DNA of 64,000 nt from Candidatus Binatia bacterium (GCA_038245295.1 JBBRSP010000010.1:96001-160000), one strand, 5' to 3'. Shown: positions 30,399 through 40,816, counted from the stretch's first letter. The notes: generated by a model from the sequence alone, not told the origin. Made by a program: numbers and translations.

Positions 30399-32051
30399 TT
30401 ACTCGCGCATTTTTCGCCTACTAGTTGCAATTGAATCCGGGAATACGTGTGCCGGGTAGAGAAGGTCCCTGACCCGCTTCTCGCTCACTGCACCGTTGCT
30501 TCTGACGACGTCAGGCATTCCTTCGAGACAAACGCGCACATTGTCCCTTCCAAACAGAGAGGTTGCTTGGTCGACGAGTTTCCTCGCTTTTGGGCTGGCT
30601 TGGCTTGCGGTAAGCCACCCGTGCTCCGAATCAAGTGCGAAGCTTACGATCGAACAGTACGGCTTAGACGAACGATTTTTCCGAGCGCTCAGCAAGGCTC
30701 GATAGACGAAGTCGTCCTCGGGCAGCGAATAGCCTAGCAGGACGATGTGACGCGCATTCTCCAAGGCTACTCGCATGTCGCGCTGGATTTCTTCCAAGTA
30801 GGGCGGATGGTCGCCCTTGAAGCTGCTCTGCATGATCAATGGTGCATGGCGTGATTCGGTCAGCGTCGCGCAGAACGAACAGATGATCTGATCGCCACGG
30901 CCTTTGGCGAACGCTTCTTCCTCTTGCTCGCATCGCCGGTAGCCCAGCCACGCTTGTCCTTCGGAAAAGCACTTCAACGGCGGCGGAGGGAAGAGCGTTT
31001 CCGAAAAGGTGTCCCAACTATCCCCGAACGCAACGATCAGCTTGCCACAGTTCGGACATTCGCGGAACGATGTGCATCCGTGCGGGAAGTAGAACTTTCC
31101 GATGCGGAGGCGGCGGTCGGTGACATGCTCGACGTCATTCAGGCGTTGCGTCGCCGTTTCGTTGCAGGGGTACCAGACGAGCGGATCTTGGGAGTCTACG
31201 CGGCGGACACCCATAAAGTAGCCGAGGTCGTTGAAGAGTTTCAGCGGCGCCGGCGGTGATCCGACATGAGGCACGTCGGATGAATAGTTCGCGTCTCTGT
31301 GGGCCCCGAAGATCAGCCACATCAAAATGGGATCCCAGTTCAGGCTGATTACGGCGTAGCTGAACATGTAGAATTCGCGCTGGTCGAGCCGGAAGTGTTC
31401 TCGGAGGTCGAGTCCCTCTTGCTGCATGAGGTGGGCGAGAATGCGGGCGAAGTCGCGATACAGATCGAGAGTGCCCCGATGGCTGGTGCCGACCGTTTTC
31501 CATGCGAAGAACATCATCAGGCACGTCAACATCTTCAACGCGTTACGGGCTGGCAGAAGTCTTTCCGGCCTGATGAACGAATCGGTTTTGCCGTTCGGCA
31601 CGTCGTGGAAGCCATGACGCGACGCCAGGTGCATGTCGATCAAATTGAAGAGGTCGACCAGTTTGAAAGTGTCTGGATCGCCACCTCCGGGACAGAGACG
31701 TATCAGCCGCAACAGCGTTCCCCAATCATAGCTGCCGCACAGATCGTCCTCTTCGGTACGTTGGCCACACCCTCGCTCCCCCGCGAAATGACGCTCGCGT
31801 ATCGCGACGCGGTTCCGGTGTCCCGGATCGGGGTCACCGAGCAGCGCCAACATGTCGGCGAGCTCACTCGCCATCGGCTCTGCAGGGAACGCATCTGCGA
31901 CTCGGTCTTCAATCGTCCGATCGCGCGCGGCGAGCTTGGCGAGCCGTGCCCCAATGTCACCGGTCGTCGGCAGATCGAGGGACGCCGTGGCCCCGGCGCC
32001 CCAGAAGATCACCGTCTCGGGCCAGCAGAGGCCGTAGTGAGGCTTCGCCAT
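30399..32051 (-). CDS. Sir2-like domain protein with a Zn-ribbon insert
   Basis: IFWGAGATAS, ISLNWD, FPHG, CPNC and CSFC, LLGYSLPEDD. Confidence 0.8.
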   Translation of the reverse strand: MAKPHYGLCWPETVIFWGAGATASLDLPTTGDIGARLAKLAARDRTIEDRVADAFPAEPMASELADMLALLGDPDPGHRNRVAIRERHFAGERGCGQRTEEDDLCGSYDWGTLLRLIRLCPGGGDPDTFKLVDLFNLIDMHLASRHGFHDVPNGKTDSFIRPERLLPARNALKMLTCLMMFFAWKTVGTSHRGTLDLYRDFARILAHLMQQEGLDLREHFRLDQREFYMFSYAVISLNWDPILMWLIFGAHRDANYSSDVPHVGSPPAPLKLFNDLGYFMGVRRVDSQDPLVWYPCNETATQRLNDVEHVTDRRLRIGKFYFPHGCTSFRECPNCGKLIVAFGDSWDTFSETLFPPPPLKCFSEGQAWLGYRRCEQEEEAFAKGRGDQIICSFCATLTESRHAPLIMQSSFKGDHPPYLEEIQRDMRVALENARHIVLLGYSLPEDDFVYRALLSARKNRSSKPYCSIVSFALDSEHGWLTASQASPKARKLVDQATSLFGRDNVRVCLEGMPDVVRSNGAVSEKRVRDLLYPAHVFPDSIATSRRKMRE

Positions 32052-32443
32052 CAGGAGCCCGGGGGCTTAGGCGGAAACTCGATGCTTAGTAGTTCGCCGG
32101 ATGAGGGAGACGACCAATCATCGATCTTGATGTGGAACAACACCAATCTTGTTGAATGGTAGGACGCGACCAGAGCGGCGACTAGGCTTGCATCGGTGGC
32201 CCTGATCTCCAATGCGTCTTCCTCGATCAGAAGAGCTTTGGTCGTCGCGAGGTCAGTGAAGACGTTGCGACGCTTCTTCGAGTCGAACGGCCGTAAGGGC
32301 TTCATGGAATAGTCAGGGCCGCTGGTAATCGTAAGGGTTACCGCGCCTCCCCCCTCTTCCCCTGGGACGGTCATACTCATACTTCTCACGATACCGACGG
32401 TAATATGTTCTGTTTCCGAAGCAGGCGTCTCCGTGTCTGGCAT
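32051..32443 (-). CDS. Small hypothetical beta-rich protein translationally coupled to the Sir2-like gene
   Basis: GGGAGGGAG RBS before ATG at 32443; TGATG stop/start overlap at 32049-32053. Confidence 0.65.
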   Translation of the reverse strand: MPDTETPASETEHITVGIVRSMSMTVPGEEGGGAVTLTITSGPDYSMKPLRPFDSKKRRNVFTDLATTKALLIEEDALEIRATDASLVAALVASYHSTRLVLFHIKIDDWSSPSSGELLSIEFPPKPPGS

Positions 32444-32721
32444 GGATCTCCCTCCCTTCCTGGCAGTTTTGACTGGCGTATAAGACGTGAACCGATCAAT
32501 CTCGGCTAAGGGTGATGTATTGGTAGTCCGCTTCCTGATCAATATTTGCACGCTGTAATGGCGGAATTTCAAGTCGCTGCCAGAGTTACGCGCATGCCCT
32601 TTGACCCCAAGCGAAACCGTCCTAATCCAGAATAACCCTAGTAAACCCAATTGAGTTCCAATGAAGCCTCTGGTATGTTGACCGGCAATGCACGGGCCGG
32701 GCGTCAAGTTTGGGTGATTCG

Positions 32722-32937
32722 ATGGACAACAGGTGGCTCTCCGTTGACGAGATCGCGGAATACCTCGGGGTTAGTAAGGATACGGTCTACACCTGGGTGA
32801 CCTCGAAGGGCATGCCTGGCCATAAGGTTGGCCGATTCTGGAAGTTCAAACGCGAGGATGTTGACGCCTGGGTACGGGATGGTGGAGCTGCGTCATCCTC
32901 CGAAGATCTTAATGAGAAGGAGCGCAAGGATGGCTAG
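32722..32937 (+). CDS. Excisionase-like HTH regulator resembling MADS Mad1
   Basis: RWLSVDEIAEYLGVSKDTVYTWV...MPGHKVGRFWKFK. Confidence 0.8.
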   Translation: MDNRWLSVDEIAEYLGVSKDTVYTWVTSKGMPGHKVGRFWKFKREDVDAWVRDGGAASSSEDLNEKERKDG

Positions 32938-33232
32938 GCCCAAAGCGGCTGCGAAGTCGGAGCCGGCGGCGGCCACCGACGAGAACGGCGGCTTGTCCGA
33001 GGAGACGACCGCCATCGAGGACGGCAAGACCCTCGACTACATCACGGGCAAGCCCGTCGCCGAGAACGACAAGGAGCGCGTTCGCCAGCGTATCGCACGC
33101 GCGCTGTTTCACGAGTACGGCATTTCGGTCGAAGATATGGAGCCCGACTTCCGAGCGGCATTTGCCGGGACACCCACTCCGCTAGCGTCGTCATTTCCAC
33201 TGGTTCGCCGCATAGTTGAGCGCCCTCCATGA
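32930..33232 (+). pseudogene. 5' fragment of an N6-methyltransferase/HsdR_N-type gene (MADS Mad2-like), truncated near 33150
   Basis: DYITGK...KERVRQRIARALFHEYGISVEDMEPDF, then loss of similarity. Confidence 0.65.
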
Positions 33233-33308
33233 GACTGTGTTGTCTTCGAAGTGCGCAGCAAGACGCTGTGGGTGTCCAGGCAATTCCCGCTCGGCTTCTT
33301 CTTGCGGG

Positions 33309-35891
33309 TCACGGCGCGCCGCCCGCCTGGACTTGGAGGCGCTGCCGCACTCGTTCGCGGACCTCGGTGTAGATGTCGACGCCGATGTCGTCAGCGACCT
33401 CGAGGGTCACCGCGATCGCGTAGGGCACAACGCCCTCAAGGCCGGGCGCGTCCTCCCGGCAGCTAACGCGCACGACGATGTCCTCGCCGTCGATGAAGGC
33501 TGCAGCAGACTCGCCTTCGAACGTGTCGTGCTGCAGCGTTCCCCGTTGCGCGGTCTGCCAGTCGGGCCCCACGCGGCTCACCTTCAACTTCGACTTTGGT
33601 GTCTCGAACCAGAGTTGTGCCTTGCGCCACTTGTGGCTCAGCGGATTGACGGGCGTAAACCAGGCGAGCGTCACCGTGAGTCGTCGCCAGCCACGTTTAC
33701 CGCTCAGCGACGGGGGCAGCGGGAATCGATGCTCTGCGCCTCCTTCCGCTGCAAGAGTTCCACCTCCAACGCCCGTCACGCGCGTCGGCGAGCACTCGGT
33801 GACGTCGTCGATCTCAAGGCGGCCGAATCCAAGTAGACGCGTTACCTGCTCCGTCCTCTTGTCCGCGTTGTCGATGGACTCGAAGTGACCGTGCAGCGCC
33901 TTCCCAAGATCGCCCCAACGAGCGCCGTGGGCGAGGAGCGTCTTGATGAGAACGGCATCGGGCACATCGGCAAGAGCCGCTGCGCCATCAACTTGCCGAA
34001 GCTCCGAGATCACCGGCGCCAAGAACGCGCCTACACGACTCAAGAGCGCCGCCGCGTTGCTGGTGCCTCGACTCTTCGCCGTGTGCGTGAGGTCACCGGC
34101 AACTGCCCCAGGTGCAGCGATCTTCACACCAGGCGACGCCGGAACCCGCACCGGGCGAAGGCGCGTCTCTTGATTCAGCACAGGGCGGTCGAACTGAAGG
34201 CGGCCGCCCTGCACGAGGAGGTCGGGCTTGATCGAGCGGCGGTAGCCCAGACCATGTGCGTTGAGCGGGCTGGGATAGCCTGCAGGGACCGGATCGAGAC
34301 GCGTCGCTGTCGGCACGTCGGTGTCGTCATCCTCGTGCAGCGCGCCGACCGTGAGCGCGTTCATCGCCTCTGCCGGCGAGAGCGCACGGCGGTTCCGGGT
34401 GTCAGCGACAACAGACTGCAGGATGACGGCCGTGAGGTCTTGCTGCGCGAGCGCCTGCAATTCCGACCAGGGCTTGCCCGTGTCCACGTCGTGCATGTGG
34501 TTGCCGGCGCTGACGACGAAGAGAACGCCGTGGGTCCAGGACAACCAGTCGAGCAGGCGTGCGAGCGGGCTCAGCGTCCCAGTGAACGGCCTGTCGAGCA
34601 CGCAGATCGAGAAGTTCACGAGGGCGACATCAGGAGCGGCCGGAGCCGTGTTGCCGTCGACCTCGAATAGCCTCCGCACTGCTCGGTGCACGAGATCGAC
34701 GACGAGGGTTCCCTCTGGAACTAGCTCGTATGGCTCCTGACCTGTCCAGGCCGGAGGGAACACCGGCCGCATGATGGGGCGCACGTACAGGGGCTGTGGG
34801 ATAGGCGAGCAGTTGGGATCGTTGAGGTCGCCCCCGATGATGAGCGAAGCCATTCCCGTTCCGTGCGCGCGCGCATCGACCCGGTAGTCAGTCTCGAAGC
34901 TGTCGGGATCGTCGACGAGGAGTCGGTTGGCGAGCGCGTTGTGGTTCTGCAACGGAAGACCGTCGAGCAGTGCAACGCGCGCGGGGCCCGCAGCCTGCGG
35001 TCCCGCGTACACCGTCGTGGACGCAGCCTTCTCACCGGGCACGCGTACCGCCATCTGCCCGGCAGCGCGGAAGAACTGGATCTGCTCGCTCTGCACAAGC
35101 TGCACTTGGTTGCGGGTCTGCTCGTTGAGCACCTTTTGAACGGCGGCGATGGGAAGCCGCACGGCCAGGCCGTGGTAGTGGATGCCCGGCACGATGCCTT
35201 CGCTGAGCACCGTTCCACCGAGCTCTTGCACCCGCGCGCGAACCACCTGGGATGCCGCCTGCCGTCGTTGCGGGTTCGCTCGGAACCACAGCTCGATCTC
35301 GCAGTGGACGTGCTCCACGTTCTCCTGAACGCGCGTGGTCCAGTCCGAGAGCACGCCGGTTTCCTCAAGTCGGTCCTTCACACCCCACGGGCGAATGTCG
35401 CGCAGCAACTCGAAGGCGTCGCGCCACTTCGTGAGGCCGCGGTCGAACTTCGCTCCGCTCTGGAACCGCTGCCACAACGTTTGTAGCTGGCGGAAGGCGT
35501 CCTGGTTCGTGAAGACCATGTAGACGCGCCCGGTGTACGGGACGTGTGCGCCCTTCTTGTCGACGAAGAAGTCATCGTCGGATGGGATGTCCTGCTCGTC
35601 GTACTCGGACAGGAACTCGAAGCCGTCGATCTTGCTGACCGCCTTCACGAACTCCTCGACCGTGCCCGCAGTCTCGAGAACCAGCACGTCTTCGGGCACA
35701 ACACCGGTGGCTGCAGTCTGAAGCTGAACGCGCTTCGACTCGAACGCCTTCTCCAGCTCCTGAAGCCGTGGCCCCAAGCGCTCTTGCTGGCGCCCGGCGC
35801 CAAGCTTCGCGGGGCCTCCACCACCGCCGCCCTTCTTGCCTCGGGTCGCGGTGGTCGCCTCCGGTAGAAGCAGAAGTGGGCGTTCAGCCAT
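33309..35891 (-). CDS. ietS: S8 serine peptidase, IetS-like
   Basis: VALLDG, HGTGMASL, VVSAGN, IKPDL, GTSNAA; overlaps the ATPase gene. Confidence 0.85.
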   Translation of the reverse strand: MAERPLLLLPEATTATRGKKGGGGGGPAKLGAGRQQERLGPRLQELEKAFESKRVQLQTAATGVVPEDVLVLETAGTVEEFVKAVSKIDGFEFLSEYDEQDIPSDDDFFVDKKGAHVPYTGRVYMVFTNQDAFRQLQTLWQRFQSGAKFDRGLTKWRDAFELLRDIRPWGVKDRLEETGVLSDWTTRVQENVEHVHCEIELWFRANPQRRQAASQVVRARVQELGGTVLSEGIVPGIHYHGLAVRLPIAAVQKVLNEQTRNQVQLVQSEQIQFFRAAGQMAVRVPGEKAASTTVYAGPQAAGPARVALLDGLPLQNHNALANRLLVDDPDSFETDYRVDARAHGTGMASLIIGGDLNDPNCSPIPQPLYVRPIMRPVFPPAWTGQEPYELVPEGTLVVDLVHRAVRRLFEVDGNTAPAAPDVALVNFSICVLDRPFTGTLSPLARLLDWLSWTHGVLFVVSAGNHMHDVDTGKPWSELQALAQQDLTAVILQSVVADTRNRRALSPAEAMNALTVGALHEDDDTDVPTATRLDPVPAGYPSPLNAHGLGYRRSIKPDLLVQGGRLQFDRPVLNQETRLRPVRVPASPGVKIAAPGAVAGDLTHTAKSRGTSNAAALLSRVGAFLAPVISELRQVDGAAALADVPDAVLIKTLLAHGARWGDLGKALHGHFESIDNADKRTEQVTRLLGFGRLEIDDVTECSPTRVTGVGGGTLAAEGGAEHRFPLPPSLSGKRGWRRLTVTLAWFTPVNPLSHKWRKAQLWFETPKSKLKVSRVGPDWQTAQRGTLQHDTFEGESAAAFIDGEDIVVRVSCREDAPGLEGVVPYAIAVTLEVADDIGVDIYTEVRERVRQRLQVQAGGAP

Positions 35892-36882
35892 CGCGCTTCC
35901 TCATGGTCTCGGTCCTGGGCTTCACGCGCGCGTTCCACTGCTTGAGCCGCTGATTCACGATGGACCGCAGATCACCGTCGGGCAGCGCCAGGACATAGCG
36001 GCGCTGAACATCGAGCGCGAAGAGCTCGAGCTCGGCGAAGCTGATCGAGCCGAGGGTCTTCGCCAGGTTCGCGTGCGAATGTGCAAGCGAGAATCCCGCA
36101 CGCGCCTCGAACTGCTTGAGCCACTCGACGCGCTGTTCCTTCGTCGGCACGGGCAGCGGCAGTCGTACCTGGAAGCGACGCCACGCGGCACGGTCGAGGA
36201 GCTCGCCGTGGTTTGTCGCGGCCACAACGACCACGTGCGAGGGCAACTGGTCCACCTGCAGAAGCAGCGAGCTGACGACGCGCTTGATCTCGCCGGTCTC
36301 GTGAACGTCACCGCGCTCCTTACCGACGACGTCGAACTCGTCGAAGAACAGCACGCACCGCTCGGTGCGCACCTGGGCAAAAAGCTTTGCGAGCCGGACC
36401 GCCGTTTCGCCGAGATAGCTCCCGATGATGCTTTCGTAGCGAACGACGTAGAGAGGCACCGAAAGCTCGAAGGCCAGTGCCTCGGCGAGCGTGGTCTTCC
36501 CGTTGCCAGGTGGACCGCTGAGCAGGACGCGGTGGCGCGGCTCAAGGCCGTGCGACCGTAGCAGGTCCGCTCGCTGGTGTTCCTCCACCAGCTCGCTGCA
36601 GGCGTCTCGCACCACGGCCGGGAGCACGAGGCTCGCCAGGTTGCGGCGCGCCCGCACTTCGGCGAAGGCCGTACGGTCGCCGCCGTTTGACTCCGGCAGA
36701 GAGCGCGCCGGCCGCAGCGCGTTGCCGTTGAGGCGGAGGTGCGCGGCGAGCTGGTCGGCCAGCACGTTGTGCTGCTTCGCCTTCTCTTCGGCGATCAACG
36801 CCTCGAGGGTCTTGCGAAACAGCTCCTGGTTCCCCTCTGCTCCCGCCTTGACGATGTCGAGCAACAGATCAGCGCGAGCCAT
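35884..36882 (-). CDS. ietA: AAA+ ATPase, IetA-like
   Basis: GPPGNGKT, LFFDEFD, GEIKRVVSSLL, AATNH..LLDRAAWRRF. Confidence 0.88.
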   Translation of the reverse strand: MARADLLLDIVKAGAEGNQELFRKTLEALIAEEKAKQHNVLADQLAAHLRLNGNALRPARSLPESNGGDRTAFAEVRARRNLASLVLPAVVRDACSELVEEHQRADLLRSHGLEPRHRVLLSGPPGNGKTTLAEALAFELSVPLYVVRYESIIGSYLGETAVRLAKLFAQVRTERCVLFFDEFDVVGKERGDVHETGEIKRVVSSLLLQVDQLPSHVVVVAATNHGELLDRAAWRRFQVRLPLPVPTKEQRVEWLKQFEARAGFSLAHSHANLAKTLGSISFAELELFALDVQRRYVLALPDGDLRSIVNQRLKQWNARVKPRTETMRKRDG

Positions 36883-36996
36883 GTTTGGGCTCCTTCCAAG
36901 AGGGCAAACGCAGCCATCGCCCGCCGAACGGGACACACATTCGATTCCTCTCGTCCACGACCTCGTACGCGCGTGGCGTCACTCCCGTTTTCGGGG

Positions 36997-39771
36997 TCAT
37001 GCGGTCCCCCCACTCACCTCGACCCAGCCGATCAGCTTCGCGGCGTAGCTCCCGCCCTCGGGAACGATCTCGCGGTGCTGCAGCTCGCGCTCGAGCATCG
37101 GCTCGACCTTCTCGTGGAGGAGCGCCGTGCGCGCTGACGCCGTCGTTCCGTTGACGTGGCCGGGACGCGTGAAGACGCCCGCACCGAGCCGTTCGAGGCG
37201 CGAATTGCGCTTGCCGTCGTCGCTCACGCCGAGGGGCAACACGGCGGCGCGGTGCTCGCCGGAGGGGCCGCGCGTCTCGACGAGCCACCACGTGAGCACG
37301 CCCGGACCTTCCTCACCCGAGACCGCGAGGCCGATGCCCTCCGGCGACACGGTCTGCCACCGCTTGATGGCCTCTTGCACGAGCGGATGATCGAGGCCGA
37401 GCAGATCGAGGTCGGCCCGCGCGCGGGCAGCATCGCGGTCGAGCGTGAAGCGGCAGACCACCTTCTGCTCGGCGTCCTTCACGACGTATGTGCCGTCCTC
37501 CTGCGCATCGACGCGGCGGCCATCGGCGGTGATGGATGCGCGCAGGAACTCCAGCACGCGCTCAAGCCCCGGCCTCACGTTGGCGAAGGGCTTGTAGTCG
37601 TCGAGCGAGAAGCCATCGAGATCCTGGAACAGCTCGAAGACCACCTTGCGCGCCTCGGAGGCGTTGGAGAGCGCCGCTTCGAGCTCCTCCTTCGTGCGAC
37701 GCAATTCGGGGTCACCGAGCGCTTCGCGATAGAGCTTGTCATACGTAAGACGCTCGGAGAGCTGGCCAAGCACCTGGCTGCGCAGGTCCTCGGCGACGTT
37801 CCCGTCCTCGTCGACCTTGCCGAGGGTCTTCGCAATCTCCTGCAGCTTCTCGTCGAGCAGCAGGAAGATCCTGCCCTCGATCGTGTCGGACAGGACGAGG
37901 TTGTAAACCTGCGCGGTATGTTTCTGGCCGTACCGATGGATGCGCCCGATGCGCTGCTCCATGTCCATCGGGTTCCACGGGAGGTCGAAGTTGAAGAGGA
38001 TGCGCGCGAATTGCAGGTTGATGCCTTCGCGTCCCGCTGCCGTGCAGACAAGCACGCGCGGACCGTCGGCCTTCCTGAACTTCCGCTCGGCGGCGAGCTT
38101 CGCCCCGTGGTCTCCACCGCGCAGGACGACGACGCCCTGGCCCGGGTATGCCTTCTCGATCTCGTGACCGAGCAGGTCGACGGTGCCGAGGTAGGTCGCG
38201 AAGATGACGACCTTCTCGGTCGGGTCCTGCTCCCACAGTGCGCCGAGTCCGCGCAGCAACTTGTCAACCTTCGTCTCGCGACGCTCGGGGAACACGCGGA
38301 GCAGCTCGCGGATGCGCAGGCGCTCCTCCGGCAGCGCAAGCTTCACAGCCATCACGGCCATGTCCTCGCCGCCGGTCGCTGCGAGCTCGCCAGCGCCGGC
38401 GTCCGACGCGAGCTCCAGCTCCTCCTCGTTTAGCTTCTTGAGGAGTTTTACGCGAAGGTCGGCGAGGATCGCATCGACCTGTCCGCGTCCCACCGAGTCG
38501 CGGGTCACCTCGAACTCGTCGTGGATCAGCTCGCGGGCCTCGGCGAGGAGCCGCTCGCGCGCGTCAATGTCAAGCTCCTCGTCCTTGAGGATGGCCTCGT
38601 GGAGCGTGAGCATCAGGATGCGTCGCCGAAGCGTCCGCCGAACGGCGGCAAAGCTCGACGCGGCGATCTTCTGGAAGATCGTCATCACGAAGCCGAGCGC
38701 GCGGCCTTGATTACCCTGGCGTTGAGCGAGCGCGAAGCCGTCCTCAAGGTACTCCTTGAGCGCCGCGTAGAAGGTGCGCTCCTGCTCGACCATCGTGAAC
38801 GACTCGGTGTGGACCCAGCGGCGAGCGAAGAGCGGTGAGCCATCAGGACGGCAGGCGTCGGCCTTGGTGCGACGGAACACCACCGAGTTCAGGCGGTGCC
38901 GATTGTCGACCATGTCCTCTGGACTCTTGAACAGGGTCGGGTTTAGGAGTTGCAGGAGCATCCAAAACCGAAAGTGGTCGCCTTGGTGTGGCGTGGCCGA
39001 GAGCAGCACGAGATCGCGGGAGTGCCCCTTGAGCGCCTCGGCTAGCTTGTAGTTCTCCGTCTTCGTAACCTTCCTGCCGTTACGGGAGGCTGTCAGGTGA
39101 TGCGCTTCGTCGAACACGACGAGGTCCCATTGCGGGGCTTCGAGCAGGCGCTTGATGCGGGCGGGGCGCTTGAGCGTGTCGATGCTCGCGATGAGCCTGT
39201 CGTGCTTCATGAAGGCGTTGGACTTGCGGTCGGTGACGTCCCCCTCGCTGCCAAATACCTCGAAGTCGAGGCGGAAGACCTCGTTCATCTCGCGGTGCCA
39301 GTTGTTCACGAGGCCTGCTGGGACGACCATCAGCGCGCGGTTCAGCTCGCCACGGCTCGCCAGCTCGCGAAGGAGCAACGCGGCCTCGATGGTCTTGCCG
39401 AGGCCGACCTCATCGGCGACGAGGTAGCGGCGGGGCGAGGCTGTTGCGATGCGATGGGTCAGCACCACCTGGTGCGGCAGGAGGTCGATCGGCGCCGCCG
39501 TCAGCGCAGCCGCGCTCTCCATGAGGGGCAGCGCGTGCGCCTCGTACTCGAGCCACGCCTCGCGCCGCCGGTCGTCGCTACCTGCGACCGAGCTGACGAC
39601 GCGGTCGGTGCGCGAGAGGAAGGGCTGGAGCGCTGTGACGGCGACGAGCCGCTCGCCGCCCGCGAAGAACGCTCGCACGTAGCCGTTGCGCTCGGAGTCG
39701 ACGACAACGCCCTCGCCGTGCTCGGCGTGGCTGACGCGCTGCCCAGGTTTGAACGCAGCGACTTCGCTCAT
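36997..39771 (-). CDS. SNF2-family helicase
   Basis: LLPHQ, ADEVGLGKT, DEAHH, SATPHQG, EGINLQ, WNPMDMEQRIGRIHRYGQ. Confidence 0.93.
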   Translation of the reverse strand: MSEVAAFKPGQRVSHAEHGEGVVVDSERNGYVRAFFAGGERLVAVTALQPFLSRTDRVVSSVAGSDDRRREAWLEYEAHALPLMESAAALTAAPIDLLPHQVVLTHRIATASPRRYLVADEVGLGKTIEAALLLRELASRGELNRALMVVPAGLVNNWHREMNEVFRLDFEVFGSEGDVTDRKSNAFMKHDRLIASIDTLKRPARIKRLLEAPQWDLVVFDEAHHLTASRNGRKVTKTENYKLAEALKGHSRDLVLLSATPHQGDHFRFWMLLQLLNPTLFKSPEDMVDNRHRLNSVVFRRTKADACRPDGSPLFARRWVHTESFTMVEQERTFYAALKEYLEDGFALAQRQGNQGRALGFVMTIFQKIAASSFAAVRRTLRRRILMLTLHEAILKDEELDIDARERLLAEARELIHDEFEVTRDSVGRGQVDAILADLRVKLLKKLNEEELELASDAGAGELAATGGEDMAVMAVKLALPEERLRIRELLRVFPERRETKVDKLLRGLGALWEQDPTEKVVIFATYLGTVDLLGHEIEKAYPGQGVVVLRGGDHGAKLAAERKFRKADGPRVLVCTAAGREGINLQFARILFNFDLPWNPMDMEQRIGRIHRYGQKHTAQVYNLVLSDTIEGRIFLLLDEKLQEIAKTLGKVDEDGNVAEDLRSQVLGQLSERLTYDKLYREALGDPELRRTKEELEAALSNASEARKVVFELFQDLDGFSLDDYKPFANVRPGLERVLEFLRASITADGRRVDAQEDGTYVVKDAEQKVVCRFTLDRDAARARADLDLLGLDHPLVQEAIKRWQTVSPEGIGLAVSGEEGPGVLTWWLVETRGPSGEHRAAVLPLGVSDDGKRNSRLERLGAGVFTRPGHVNGTTASARTALLHEKVEPMLERELQHREIVPEGGSYAAKLIGWVEVSGGTA

Positions 39772-39781
39772 GCCAGTCCCT

Positions 39782-40816
39782 TCATAGTGCCGCCGAGGCC
39801 ATCCGTACCTCGAGCGCCCTCTTCATCTGCGAAGTCAGTGTTCGGTCTCTGTCGAAGAACGTGGGCTTGCGGATCTGGGAGCCGTCATAGCGGAGCAGCA
39901 CATCGTCGAGACCGTTCGAGCGATTGCACTCCCTGAAGAACTTGACAGCATCGTTGTCGATCGCGATCTTCAGCGTGGGACGAATCACGTACACCTTGGC
40001 GTCGAACAGCCGGTGGTGATTCGGACAGAGGGACACGCCGTTCCAGACTTCGTCAACCCCTTGCGGCTCGCAAGCGGGAATGATGTGTGCTCCCTCCACG
40101 ATGTTGAGCTGCGCCGAGCAGACTGCGCACGCGAAGTTGTATTGCGCGCCCACGAGCGGGGCGAACCGATGGTCGCGCGCGATGCGCTCAAGCACGATGC
40201 GTCGTCGAATCGTCTCGGCAGGAGTCGTCGGCATGGCGGTCGCCGGAACGACGGAGATGTTGGGTGTGCTTTCGAGAAGAAATGCCTCACGTTCGTCGCC
40301 TTGCAGCCCGCTGGCGTCGGCCTGGTGAAACTGCCGCATCAGGTGCAGTAGGTTCCCCGACGTGCAGGCGACGCGGACCTCTTCATTTCCACCGCTCCCT
40401 CGCATCGTTCGCGGCGATGCAACGGCCCACCCAGTCCTTCTCGCCTCGCTCAGCAAGTTCTCCTGAACCTGCACGGCCTTGCTATACGAGAAGTCAGCGT
40501 GAAACCTCGCCTCCCAAGCCACGAAGACTCCGAAGTCCGGCGAGTACCCAAGCAGGAATGTCGGCACCGCATCCAACTTGAGATCGCCACGATCACCACG
40601 CGTCTGGCCGGGCAAGATGAGCTGAATCTTGAACTCGTCGGCGGGGCGATCGGACGACTCGACGTGCGTGACAGTCCACAAGTAGAAGCGCGCCGTGCCG
40701 AAGTCAGAGATCGTGGCGAGTGCGGGGCGCGTTTCGTCGCCAGTGCTGAACGTCGTTCCCACGGCCAAAGCTGCGGCAAGCTTCGCCTTCAAGACATGCT
40801 GCGGCAGCGCGGGCAT
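39782..40816 (-). CDS. HNH endonuclease with an N-terminal domain of uncertain family
   Basis: CAVC..EGAHII...NGVSLCPNHHRLFD; start MPALPQ with TAATG overlap at 40814-40818. Confidence 0.85.
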   Translation of the reverse strand: MPALPQHVLKAKLAAALAVGTTFSTGDETRPALATISDFGTARFYLWTVTHVESSDRPADEFKIQLILPGQTRGDRGDLKLDAVPTFLLGYSPDFGVFVAWEARFHADFSYSKAVQVQENLLSEARRTGWAVASPRTMRGSGGNEEVRVACTSGNLLHLMRQFHQADASGLQGDEREAFLLESTPNISVVPATAMPTTPAETIRRRIVLERIARDHRFAPLVGAQYNFACAVCSAQLNIVEGAHIIPACEPQGVDEVWNGVSLCPNHHRLFDAKVYVIRPTLKIAIDNDAVKFFRECNRSNGLDDVLLRYDGSQIRKPTFFDRDRTLTSQMKRALEVRMASAAL

